Source: an uncultured bacterium (lineage in GTDB: Bacteria; Muiribacteriota; CAYSPT01). From it: a stretch of 64,000 nt of DNA. A program made the position numbers and the translations under genes. The stretch covers positions 18,339 to 82,338 of the forward strand of contig CAZQHK010000016.1 in the NCBI GenBank assembly GCA_964593455.1, given 5' to 3'. Shown piece after piece: positions 55,674-64,000 of this stretch (its first letter is position 1; every line of letters starts with the position of its first letter). The notes below the pieces were generated by a model that saw only the letters and a program-made list of their open reading frames with translations, had not been told where the DNA came from and made no database searches.

Positions 55674-56645
55674 ATGAATTGGTTCTACATGAAACTCCAG
55701 CCGAAAGATGAGGATGATGTGCTCTTCGTTCATTACGGGTTACCCCGGACGGGAAGTTCTACCATCCGGTTTCTCATCCGCCGCTACTGCAACCTTCTCG
55801 GACTGAAATGGGAATCTTTCGAGGCGCAAAACGCGGTAGTCAATCCCGGTTGTAAATATCTGCTGGTTGAAATCCCGTATCCTGTTCATCTGGCCACCAA
55901 CCGGGAATGCCGTTATATAACGACGCTGAGAGATCCGGTCAAAGCGGTGTGTTCCTGGTATTTCTGGCTCACCAGGATCGGCCGGAAAATCACTCTGGAA
56001 GACTATGTCCGGCAATTACCGAAATCCTATAATCTCATGTCGCGCTGGCTCATAAGGCTCAATGATGAAACCGTGAGCGAAATGAATCGCGCTCAACCGG
56101 ATTTTATGAACGACACGACAGGATTTTTCAATGATATTCCTGATGATGAGTTGTACAAAGCAGCTCTCGAGGCAATAGAAAGCAAGATATCATTGATCGG
56201 TATCCTGGAGCAGTTCGAGGATTTTTCTTTTGCTATGCTCGACTTGTTTGCCTGGAAGATTCTGCCTGTCTATAGCCGGACGAATTACAGTATAAAACCC
56301 AGAGATTGGTCATTTAACCGTCTCGAAAAATCGATGAAAAAGAAGATTATGTCCTCTTCAGCTGTGGACAGGCGCGTGTTTTCTTATGTGAGGAAACGTT
56401 TTCGGGATGTGTCTGCGGATGTGCGGAATAAGTATGGTAACGAGATCGAGAAATACCGTTCCTTCTGCCGCCAATTGGATGATTTTATCGTTCGAGAAAA
56501 AGGACTGGTTTTGGAAGATGGGAATATCGTCTCTCAAAACTGGGAACAAACCGTTGTAGAAAAGCCTATAGGCATCGAAATAAAAGCCTCGATACAGAAG
56601 CAGTTGGGAATAATCATGGCAGAGGATTGGTTACCTATTATCTAA
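55674..56645 (+). CDS. Sulfotransferase-family protein (PAPS-dependent)
   Basis: AAGGAG RBS 9 nt before ATG 55674. 5'-PSB motif YGLPRTGSST and 3'-PB motif TLRDPVKAV. The ORF call from 55644 (TTG) is the longer alternative. Confidence 0.65.
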   Translation: MNWFYMKLQPKDEDDVLFVHYGLPRTGSSTIRFLIRRYCNLLGLKWESFEAQNAVVNPGCKYLLVEIPYPVHLATNRECRYITTLRDPVKAVCSWYFWLTRIGRKITLEDYVRQLPKSYNLMSRWLIRLNDETVSEMNRAQPDFMNDTTGFFNDIPDDELYKAALEAIESKISLIGILEQFEDFSFAMLDLFAWKILPVYSRTNYSIKPRDWSFNRLEKSMKKKIMSSSAVDRRVFSYVRKRFRDVSADVRNKYGNEIEKYRSFCRQLDDFIVREKGLVLEDGNIVSQNWEQTVVEKPIGIEIKASIQKQLGIIMAEDWLPII

Positions 56646-56749
56646 CAGTACCGAACCTTCCGAGTCATTTGACGGCTTGACCTGCTAATCCAGCTTACTT
56701 TCCACATTCCTTAACTGATCTTCTGGAATCTCTACATAGAATGAGAACC

Positions 56750-56934
56750 TAGCCTGGATATTTCACCAGTCTTCCTGCTGCGGCCACGGATGCACCCGCA
56801 TCTTCTGCGTTGTGCTCGGTCGCCTGTCCTCGACGTATCGCAGAGGATACGTCTGCGGAAGGCTCGGTTGCACGCCTTGAATTTGCAGGCACCTCCGCGA
56901 CCTCGCTACGGAAACTCGTGAAATATCCGGGCTA
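56750..56934. mobile_element. MITE-like repeat element, copy B (~185 bp), inverted relative to copy A
   Basis: Left TIR TAGCCTGGATATTTCACCAG and right TIR (reverse complement) TAGCCCGGATATTTCACGAG. The interior is the reverse complement of copy A at ~85% identity. The right-end TAG (complement of CTA at 56932-56934) is the stop codon of pmbA on the minus strand. Confidence 0.6.
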
Positions 56935-58356
56935 GGCCGAAACCGAGACATCGTCCACCAGTATCGCGGGACAGAAGATATTGTTGCTGGCCTGGTAAGG
57001 TGTGTCTCCCAACGCCAGCAGGTGGTTGAGATCTTCCAGGATATTGCCCGATACCATGGTGTTCTTCACGCGGCCGGCGAGCTGCCCGTTCTTGATCCGG
57101 TATCCGAGATAGACATTCACCGAGTAATCCCCGTTTTGAATATCGCCCCGGCCGGCGCCCATGACCTGGTTCACGAGCAGACCATCGTCCACCATGCGGA
57201 TAATCTCTTCGAGCGGGGCAGGTCCTGGAGAGACGGTTATATTGCTGATGGTGGTGTGCGGCATGACGGCAAAACTGGTACCGCCGCTGCGGCTTCTCCG
57301 GTACCCGTTGCCGGTGGGTGGGATTTTGAGACGCGCGGCGGTCTCCAGATCGCAGATAATCGAGCTGGGAATGCCGTTTTCTACCAGGACGGTCCGCCGT
57401 GACGGCGTTCCCTCGTCGTCAAAGGGCGAGCTTCCGGGTAGAAAATCCATGGTGCTGTCATCCACCACCGTCAGGTTTGAGCTGAAGGTTTCCTTATCCA
57501 TCCTGGATTGCAGGATGGAGATACCTTCCAGAAAACTCCGGCCGTTCACGGCCGCCAACAGCGGCAGCAAAATGGCATTTATCGCCGATCCGGTAAAAAG
57601 CACCGGACATTGTCCGGTGCTCATGGAGCTTATTTCGCGGGCCAGTTGAACTTTTTCCACGAGTTTCCGGGCCACACCCGCTAAATGCTCGGGGTCCCAA
57701 CGGCAGGAGTAAGAACTCTCGGAACAGGAGAGAATGTCACCTTCTTTTACGAGTTTAGCCGAGACGAATACCACTACCAGGCTCTGGAGATAGCTCCCTT
57801 TCAAAGCCTGGTTGTTTCTTACCGATTTGAGCTCGAACACGCGATACACATCAGCCAGGACATTGGCGTCGGGTAGATCTTTCAGCACCCGGTCGACGAC
57901 CTCCCGGCCGATATCAATGAGACTGTTGATGTCCTGGTCCGCCACCTCCCGGTCGAAGGTTTTGACCGGAGAAAAAGAGGTGGCCGGGGTCAGGAACGAG
58001 GCTGCCGAGGTGGGACCGAGCGGGGCCATTTCCAAAGCCAGCAGGAGCGCTTCCATCAATCGGCTGGACTCGGTGGTGGAGGCGATTCCCATGCGTCCGT
58101 CCCGTAAAACTCTGAGTCCCCAGCCTTCGGACTCCTTGTGTTGGCTCTGTTTGAGGTCGCGGTTCTCAAAGCTGAAATGATCCAAATCCCGCGTTTCATA
58201 AAAAATTTCCAGGGATGTCCCCCGGGCCCTGGCGGCTTCTTCAAGCCCCGCGTAGAGAACTTCACGGGCCTGCTCGTTTTTCAGGGTGCTTTCGTTTCCT
58301 TGAATCTCCGTCATCTGCTTCATGTCCTTCACGTTACATGCCTCCAACCACGACAT
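56932..58356 (-). CDS. pmbA: TldE/PmbA-family protein (non-catalytic partner of TldD metallopeptidase)
   Basis: PmbA/TldD fold, lacks HExxxH. Paired with and overlapping tldD. Probable start at M12 (MKQMTEI). Confidence 0.8.
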   Translation of the reverse strand: MSWLEACNVKDMKQMTEIQGNESTLKNEQAREVLYAGLEEAARARGTSLEIFYETRDLDHFSFENRDLKQSQHKESEGWGLRVLRDGRMGIASTTESSRLMEALLLALEMAPLGPTSAASFLTPATSFSPVKTFDREVADQDINSLIDIGREVVDRVLKDLPDANVLADVYRVFELKSVRNNQALKGSYLQSLVVVFVSAKLVKEGDILSCSESSYSCRWDPEHLAGVARKLVEKVQLAREISSMSTGQCPVLFTGSAINAILLPLLAAVNGRSFLEGISILQSRMDKETFSSNLTVVDDSTMDFLPGSSPFDDEGTPSRRTVLVENGIPSSIICDLETAARLKIPPTGNGYRRSRSGGTSFAVMPHTTISNITVSPGPAPLEEIIRMVDDGLLVNQVMGAGRGDIQNGDYSVNVYLGYRIKNGQLAGRVKNTMVSGNILEDLNHLLALGDTPYQASNNIFCPAILVDDVSVSA

Positions 58357-59695
58357 CCCTGATCATCAGGGCCGGGCATCCCTTTGAACGGGGCAGGGGA
58401 AACTGTCCGCCTTTCCCGCATCCACCGCCTTCGCTCCAGACTATCTCGTCGCCGACGGCCTCGATGTTTTTGAGCGATTCGAACACGTTTCCGGTCAGCA
58501 TCACATTACGCACCGGTTCCGCTATTTTGCCTTTTCTGATCATGTATCCATGCTGGGCCCTGAACGTAAACATCTCCTGCGAGGTCTGGCCGCCGGTGGT
58601 GCCGCAGGCCAGTATACCCAGTTTTATGTCGCCGATCATCTCGTCCAAACTGGTATCACCCGGTTCCACAAACGTATTGGTCATCCGCACCAGCGGTGAG
58701 AATCGGTGGTCAAGGGCCCGTGCGTTTCCGGTAACGGGTTCATCCATCCTGAAAGAGGTCTCCCGCGAATGCATCCGGCCAACCAGTTCCCCTTCCCGTA
58801 TCAGGTAGGTTTTTTTGGACGGGACACCTTCATCGTCGTAGAGATAGGACCCCCGGTGTCCCGGGATAGCGGCTCCATCACCGATGTTCAGAGTCGATGG
58901 CCCGAACCTGGTACCGATCGAGAGCAGTTCGCAGAGCCGCTTGTTGTTGCAGACCGAGTCCCCCTCCGACAGGTGTCCGAAAGCTTCGTGAATGAAGGTA
59001 CCGGCCAGGTAGGGATCGAGCACTACCGGATAACGGCCTCCTTTGACCGGGGAAGCCGAGAGCATATTCACGGACCGTTTGACGATCTCTTCCACCTGGT
59101 CGTGGCGTGATTCGAACATTTTGCCGGCTTCGATGGTTCCAAAACTCATGATGGCTTTTTGAATGGTGTCGTAGCGTCGGGCTAAAGCGCTGGCGCTCAT
59201 GGTATAGTCGGCTTTCTCCTGGGATACCAGGCAGCCGTCGGAGGTTAGAATCGTTACTTTTTTAAACACGTCATGGTAAGCGACGACGGAACTTTCTATG
59301 GCCGGCCGGTGAGAGAAAATTATCCCGTTATAGTCTTCCAGCATGGAGAGTTTGCGGGCCAGTAGTATCCGCCGTGGATCGTCCTCGGGTTTGATTTTTA
59401 TCTGGGCTACCTCCCGGAGAACCGGTGCCAGGCCTGTCTTCTGGGCGGCTACGCATCGGGCCATCCGGTCGGCCAGGCGGATATTATACTCCAGATTCTT
59501 CAGATTGTTGAACGAGGAAAATCCCCATCCTCCTTCGTGGAAGACCCGGACATTACCGCCCACGAAGGTGCTTTCCGTCAATTTTTCCAGTTTCTCGCTT
59601 CTGAAAAGAATCTCGGTGGTATCGTATTCCTCTATCCGGATTTCAATGTAGTCGGCCTTGATAGACCGGATAGCGTCCACCACATGGTTCTCCAC
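58334..59695 (-). CDS. tldD: TldD-family zinc metallopeptidase
   Basis: HEAFGH (HExxxH) motif. C-terminal Gly-rich GGGCGKGGQ loop typical of TldD. Confidence 0.9.
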   Translation of the reverse strand: MENHVVDAIRSIKADYIEIRIEEYDTTEILFRSEKLEKLTESTFVGGNVRVFHEGGWGFSSFNNLKNLEYNIRLADRMARCVAAQKTGLAPVLREVAQIKIKPEDDPRRILLARKLSMLEDYNGIIFSHRPAIESSVVAYHDVFKKVTILTSDGCLVSQEKADYTMSASALARRYDTIQKAIMSFGTIEAGKMFESRHDQVEEIVKRSVNMLSASPVKGGRYPVVLDPYLAGTFIHEAFGHLSEGDSVCNNKRLCELLSIGTRFGPSTLNIGDGAAIPGHRGSYLYDDEGVPSKKTYLIREGELVGRMHSRETSFRMDEPVTGNARALDHRFSPLVRMTNTFVEPGDTSLDEMIGDIKLGILACGTTGGQTSQEMFTFRAQHGYMIRKGKIAEPVRNVMLTGNVFESLKNIEAVGDEIVWSEGGGCGKGGQFPLPRSKGCPALMIRDVVVGGM

Positions 59696-59963
59696 GGTAC
59701 CGGGTCTCCTTTCATGATTTTTAGCGCTCTCGTTCAGGAGAAGCTATGATACCATGAATAGACAGCCACTCCTTGATCCGTTTAATCATTATCTCTCCGA
59801 AGTTAAACTCATCTTCATTTTACTGTGCTGCGGGGTCGACGTCAATTTTGAATGCAGGGAGGGCTTAAACCACTTCCAAAGAGTAGGCCGATGTGCTACA
59901 ATTAGGCCTTCATTCAGACCGTGTTTTATTTGGAATTATTTATCTTGAGAGGAGCGTACCCAT

Positions 59964-61052
59964 ATGCCGATTGTGAACGCTCTGCGGTTTGACTATAAAC
60001 GTGGAGCTATCTTAAGCGACGAAGAATACTGGCATCGCCGCCGCCGCCGGACATTTTTCTCCGAGAATCTTCACAATATTGTTCCTGAACAAATTTCAGA
60101 CAAAACGGGACTTGAAGCTGTGTTGGGCGGGGCCGGGAGTCCTACCTTCTTTCTTGATGTGGTCCGGACGGTTCGCTCCCGGTTGGCGGTCTATCTGCCG
60201 GAAAACGGGGAAGAACTGAAAGAAGGCGCTCCTTCCACCCTTGAAGAGTTGGGAAAGATCGTTCTCGAGGAACTGCACAAAGCGCTGAAACGACGCCTGG
60301 AGAACGTGATTCGTCTCTACTTCGGATTTGGGATGGATGATCTTAACCAGGGATCTTTTGATTTCAACGGCGAGTCGGTGGAGATTCTTCAGGACCTGGT
60401 TAAGAAGGAAGCCAGGGAGGTTTCTTCGGGAAAAGGAAAAGTGTCGTTTATCAACGACCTGATCGAGAGTCGGGGAGTGCTTTTCGGTTATGATGAAAAG
60501 AAAGGCGTCACCTGTTATTACATTAACGTCAAAGAAGGCGTTCTCTCCGTCACTTCGGGCGGTTTTGAAGCAATCGGCAACGGTAAGTACGCTTCGGGAA
60601 TCACGTTTGCCGAGTTCCTGAACGGTAAGATACTGGACGAGCGCCGAGGCGGATTTGACCCGGTGGAAGGAATGATTGTCCTGCTTAAATCCGGCCTGGC
60701 CGCGGTACAGTATTTCAGCGAAGTAGGCGGAGCCTTCAATATCATCTACCTCGACAATACGGCCGGCTCCCACGCCGAGCGTTATCGTGAAATCCCGTAT
60801 CATACCACCACGCTGGCTGCTGAAATTGTCACCGCTATGGAGTGCGGCGCTTTAGACTACGAGAAAGCATATAACCTGATGGGTTCCTTGATGTTTGGCG
60901 GATCTTCCGTGGAGAAAGTTGAAAAGGAACTCTTTGCTTCCGTTCCCGACGCCGATCGTCTCCATCTGCTGTTGGAGGGCTACAAACTCAGTCAACTGGA
61001 GGTACAGGATCGCAAATCTATCGGACATACCGGAGAGGAAGCGGGCCAATGA
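59964..61052 (+). CDS. Hypothetical protein, paralog 1. N-terminal domain resembles HslV/proteasome-beta Ntn hydrolases but has Pro at position 2
   Basis: Strong RBS [29 protein letters not shown] aligns with HslV [40 protein letters not shown] aligns with HslV DKVIAGFAGGTADAFTLFE. Has a ~180-aa C-terminal extension of unknown fold. Paralogous to the next gene. Confidence 0.35.
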   Translation: [362 protein letters not shown]

Positions 61053-62149
61053 CTTCGATCAACGCCATCCGTTTCGACAGCCTTAAAGGGGCCATGGTAT
61101 GTGACGAATGCCGGGGTTGGAACCCGGAAGACATGAGAATTTACTCCGCCGATAAGATCAAGCCGGTTATTCCCGATGAAATCAGGGACCGTTACGGTTT
61201 AGTCGCCTGTTACGGCAATACCGGTTCTTCCAGCACCGGTGACGAGATCAAACAGAAAATCCGGGAACGGGTTCAGAAAGAGTTCGACGATGCCCGGGAA
61301 CGGTTGGGCCGTCCGCCCGAAACATTCCTGACTATACGGAACCTGGCCTACCTGGCTTACGACGAGCAGTGCAAGATGAAACACAGGCACGTGGACGAGC
61401 ACATGGTCAGCCATTATGGTTTTAACACCCGGGATTTCTGCCGCGGATCCTACACGATCGATGACACCACCCAGCCGGGTGGAAAAAGAAAAATAGAGAT
61501 CAAGGACAAGGACGTACAGAAGGAGATTTTAGAAGCGCTCACCTGGAAGAATCGCGGGCAAACCAACCGGGGCGTGTTCGTCAATGCCGGACTGCTGGCC
61601 GGTTATGAACCCCGGGAAGGGTTCAGGATCTACCACACATCGCTTATCGAGTTCATATGCGAACCGGTTCAGTTTATCTTTCTGGCTGAAGGTTCGGGGC
61701 TGGACGCCACCGATCTCTTGATGTCCGAATACATGGGCCGGAAATCATTACCGGAACGGCGAGACGTGATCGACCGGGTGGAAGGTATCATGGCTCTCAT
61801 CTGTTCGGTAAATACCGCCTCGCGGCACAATATCGGGGTTGGGGGATATTTTAACATCATCCTGGTTGACGGCCGGGAGAAGGACCCGGCCTCAATGATG
61901 CGCTGTATCAACGACCACCGGGCCAAATTGGTGACCCAGATAGCCGATGCTTACACGCAGAACCTTGTTTCCCGCCGATTGGCCTTTAAATTGGTGGAAG
62001 ATGTTTTATATAATAAGGCCGGGTTTCAGGAAACCCGCCAGGCATTTTTTGAGGGATGCAAAGAACCGGAGATCCTGCGAAGACACCTTCGTGGTTACCG
62101 GATTGCTTCCCCGAAAGGTCCGGTACGGTTAGGGATATTTCTTCCATAG
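61049..62149 (+). CDS. Hypothetical protein, paralog 2. HslV/proteasome-beta-like N-terminus beginning Met-Thr-Ser (potential N-terminal Thr nucleophile)
   Basis: ATGA-coupled to paralog 1. MTSINAIRFDSLKGAMVCDE and YGLVACYGNTGSSSTGDEI blocks parallel paralog 1 and HslV. Shares the later blocks G(I/L)(T/D)..(E/D)(F/L)L.G(K/R) and FNII(Y/L)(L/V)D with paralog 1. Confidence 0.35.
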   Translation: MTSINAIRFDSLKGAMVCDECRGWNPEDMRIYSADKIKPVIPDEIRDRYGLVACYGNTGSSSTGDEIKQKIRERVQKEFDDARERLGRPPETFLTIRNLAYLAYDEQCKMKHRHVDEHMVSHYGFNTRDFCRGSYTIDDTTQPGGKRKIEIKDKDVQKEILEALTWKNRGQTNRGVFVNAGLLAGYEPREGFRIYHTSLIEFICEPVQFIFLAEGSGLDATDLLMSEYMGRKSLPERRDVIDRVEGIMALICSVNTASRHNIGVGGYFNIILVDGREKDPASMMRCINDHRAKLVTQIADAYTQNLVSRRLAFKLVEDVLYNKAGFQETRQAFFEGCKEPEILRRHLRGYRIASPKGPVRLGIFLP

Positions 62150-62168
62150 CCTGGATATTTCACGAGAG
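62147..62168. repeat. Solo terminal repeat (TAGCCTGGATATTTCACGAGAG) of the MITE-like family
   Basis: Identical over 16 nt to the left TIR of copy B and near-identical to B's right TIR. The TAG is the stop codon of CDS 61049-62149. No matching second TIR within 300 bp. Confidence 0.35.
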
Positions 62169-62231
62169 TAGGCACACTGGTTAGATAGTCAAACAGGACC
62201 CGGGGATACGGATTAATGGAGGTGATGGAGT

Positions 62232-63674
62232 GTGGTGGCACGAAGCGTAGCCCTCTGGGCGCTTGACATGGCCATGGAGCATGGCGCCTCTTATGCTGAA
62301 GTACGGCTTCACCGCATCATCTCCGAGTCGATCACCATGCGGGACGGTATCGTCGTCGGGCTTAACCGGCATAGCGAACTGGGTATGGGCGTACGGGTCC
62401 TGGTGGAAGGCGCCTGGGGGTTTGCCGGTAACCCCGACCTGACCGGCGATAAAGTGACCAAAGCTGTTAAACGGGCTATTGCTATTGCCCGGGCCTCAGC
62501 CCGGGCCGGCGGTACGAAGGTCAAACTCGCTCCGGTGGAAAAACAGATCGGAGAATGGTGCTCGCCCTGCGAAAAAGATCCCTGGACGGTACCGCTGGAA
62601 GAGAAAATCGATCTACTGCAGCGCTGCGACGACGCCATGGCCGCGGTGCCGGGGGTGAAGGTCCGGGAGTCGATCCTGCGGTTCTGGAGAGAACACAAAC
62701 TGTTGGCGACTTCCATCGGTACCCTGGTCGAGCAAACTATCTACAACACCACTGCCGGTGTTACTGCTAAGGCGGTGGATAAAGGAGATTTTCAGGTCCG
62801 GAACTATCCGATGTGTTTCGGTGGTAACTGGCGACAGGCGGGATACGAGGCGGTTGAGAAACTGGATCTGCTTAAAAACGCCGGCCGTGTGGCTGAGGAG
62901 GCCGTCCAGTTGCTCAAAGCGGACCTGGCGCCCACCGGCAAGGCGGACTTGATCCTGGGCGGGAACCAGCTTGCTCTCCAGGTACACGAGTCCGTAGGTC
63001 ACCCGATCGAGCTCGACCGGGTCCTGGGAACCGAGGCGGATTTTGCCGGTACCAGCTTCCTGTCTCCGGACATGTTGAACAACTTCACCTACGGGTCAAA
63101 GGTCGTCAACATCGTGGCCGATTCCGTTACTCCCGGCGGACTGGGTACGTTCGGATACGACGACGAGGGAGTGCCGGCGGGCAGCCATGATATCGTCAAG
63201 GAAGGCCGGTTTATCGGGTTTCTCACGTCCCGGGAGACTGCCGCCGATATCGGCACGGTTTCCATGGGCGCCATGCGGGCCGACGGATGGAACAATATCC
63301 CACTGATCAGGATGGTCAATGTCAGTCTCCTTCCGGGGGATTGCACCTATGATGAAATAATCGAGTCTACCGAACGGGGGCTGCTCATCACCTGTAACCG
63401 CAGTTGGAGCATCGACGACAAACGTCTCAATTTTCAGTTTGGCGGAGAGATCGGGTGGTGGATCGAGAAAGGCCGGATCGTCAAGATCGTCAAGAACCCC
63501 ACCTACAACGGTATAACGCCGGTTTTCTGGCGTAGCTGCGATGCTATCGCCAACCGGGACAGTTGGAAGATGTGGGGTTTTGCCAATTGCGGAAAAGGTC
63601 GTCCGGCCCAGGCCGGACGGGTGGGGCACGGCGTCAGTTGTGCCCGGTTCAGGAACGTGGAGATAGGGGTGTAA
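62232..63674 (+). CDS. tldD: TldD-family zinc metallopeptidase, second copy
   Basis: HESVGH (HExxxH) motif. C-terminal Gly/Cys-rich FANCGKGRP loop. Clearly homologous to, but divergent from, the tldD at 58334-59695. Confidence 0.9.
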   Translation: MVARSVALWALDMAMEHGASYAEVRLHRIISESITMRDGIVVGLNRHSELGMGVRVLVEGAWGFAGNPDLTGDKVTKAVKRAIAIARASARAGGTKVKLAPVEKQIGEWCSPCEKDPWTVPLEEKIDLLQRCDDAMAAVPGVKVRESILRFWREHKLLATSIGTLVEQTIYNTTAGVTAKAVDKGDFQVRNYPMCFGGNWRQAGYEAVEKLDLLKNAGRVAEEAVQLLKADLAPTGKADLILGGNQLALQVHESVGHPIELDRVLGTEADFAGTSFLSPDMLNNFTYGSKVVNIVADSVTPGGLGTFGYDDEGVPAGSHDIVKEGRFIGFLTSRETAADIGTVSMGAMRADGWNNIPLIRMVNVSLLPGDCTYDEIIESTERGLLITCNRSWSIDDKRLNFQFGGEIGWWIEKGRIVKIVKNPTYNGITPVFWRSCDAIANRDSWKMWGFANCGKGRPAQAGRVGHGVSCARFRNVEIGV

Positions 63675-63676
63675 TC

Positions 63677-64000
63677 ATGATCCAGGAAGACTGGGCCAGG
63701 CGCCTGCTTAACGAAGCCATCTCCTTTTCTTCGGCGGACGGGACGGAGATCATCCTGACGGGGGGCAAAATGTTCCTGACCAGATTCGCTGACAACCGCA
63801 TTCACCAGAATGTTTTGAAAAAAGATTACGAGCTTATGGTGAAGACTGTCCTGGGAAATAAAGCCGGGGTGGCTTCCCGCAATGTCTTCGACGGTATCGA
63901 GCTCAAACGCCTGGTAGACGATGCTCTGGAGATAACGCGCCACCAGAAGGAAGACCCAGAGCTGCCGCCTCTGATGGCCATGCCCGATCCTGAAAAGAAT
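63677..64000 (+). CDS. pmbA: TldE/PmbA-family protein, second copy; 3' end beyond the window
   Basis: ATG 3 nt after the tldD stop. The frame is open to the window end (108 codons). The N-terminal region carries no HExxxH; assignment rests on size and pairing with tldD. Confidence 0.55.
   Translation, partial: MIQEDWARRLLNEAISFSSADGTEIILTGGKMFLTRFADNRIHQNVLKKDYELMVKTVLGNKAGVASRNVFDGIELKRLVDDALEITRHQKEDPELPPLMAMPDPEKN

Noticed and set aside
1-64000. Search for rRNA, tRNA, CRISPR arrays, integrases/transposases
   Set aside because: No cloverleaf-compatible sequences, rRNA-like conserved blocks, regularly spaced direct repeats, or recombinase/transposase ORFs were seen anywhere in the window. 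The only mobile-like sequences are the non-autonomous MITE-like repeats reported above.

Overview
This 64 kb window is all on one replicon and reads like a GC-rich LPS-containing (diderm) bacterium, probably from an uncultured lineage. I found no rRNA, tRNA or CRISPR arrays. The window has five parts.

(1) 1-9954: an LPS inner-core / nucleotide-sugar block. It holds two separate heptose-activation modules. One is an HldE kinase plus a separate adenylyltransferase. The other is an HldE kinase plus an adenylyltransferase fused to KdsB. The block also carries an RmlD-like reductase, two GT9 heptosyltransferases, a deoxyhypusine-synthase-like ORF, pyrG and kdsA.

(2) 9944-29753: a sigma54-dependent regulator followed by a complete dcw (division / cell wall) cluster, mraZ-X-rsmH-ftsL-ftsI-murE-murF-mraY-Y-murD-ftsW-murG-ddl-ftsQ-ftsA-ftsZ. 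It has a sigma70-type promoter and an array of GTGG direct repeats (putative MraZ operator) in front of mraZ. Two non-canonical genes (X and Y) are inserted. FtsI carries PASTA domains. murC and murB are absent from the cluster. A clean intrinsic terminator follows ftsZ.

(3) 30090-40429: acs, a GT2-TPR glycosyltransferase, tandem methylthiotransferases (rimO plus a MiaB/MtaB-like gene), an ECF sigma with a zinc-finger (ZAS) anti-sigma factor, a Lys/Glu-rich secreted protein and an orphan pilT.

(4) 40502-56645: an accessory envelope/glycan region. It contains an SGNH-TPR hydrolase, a B12-binding radical SAM enzyme, a DUF5989-like small membrane protein and an acyl-CoA synthetase. It also contains HAD and APH-like kinase genes, a GT-C-like membrane protein, a split transketolase, a methyltransferase, a radical SAM enzyme, a DegT aminotransferase, a WbuC cupin and a sulfotransferase. 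Together the last group looks like a modified, sulfated amino-sugar pathway.

(5) 56932-64000: the most unusual locus. Two divergent TldD/TldE(PmbA) metallopeptidase pairs flank two tandem paralogous ~360-aa proteins. The N-termini of these proteins carry HslV / proteasome-beta-like Ntn-hydrolase motifs. One paralog has Thr2 and the other Pro2.

In addition, a ~185-bp MITE-like element occurs in at least two full copies and one fragment. Its 19-20-bp terminal inverted repeats begin with TAG, and that TAG serves as the stop codon of three different flanking genes.
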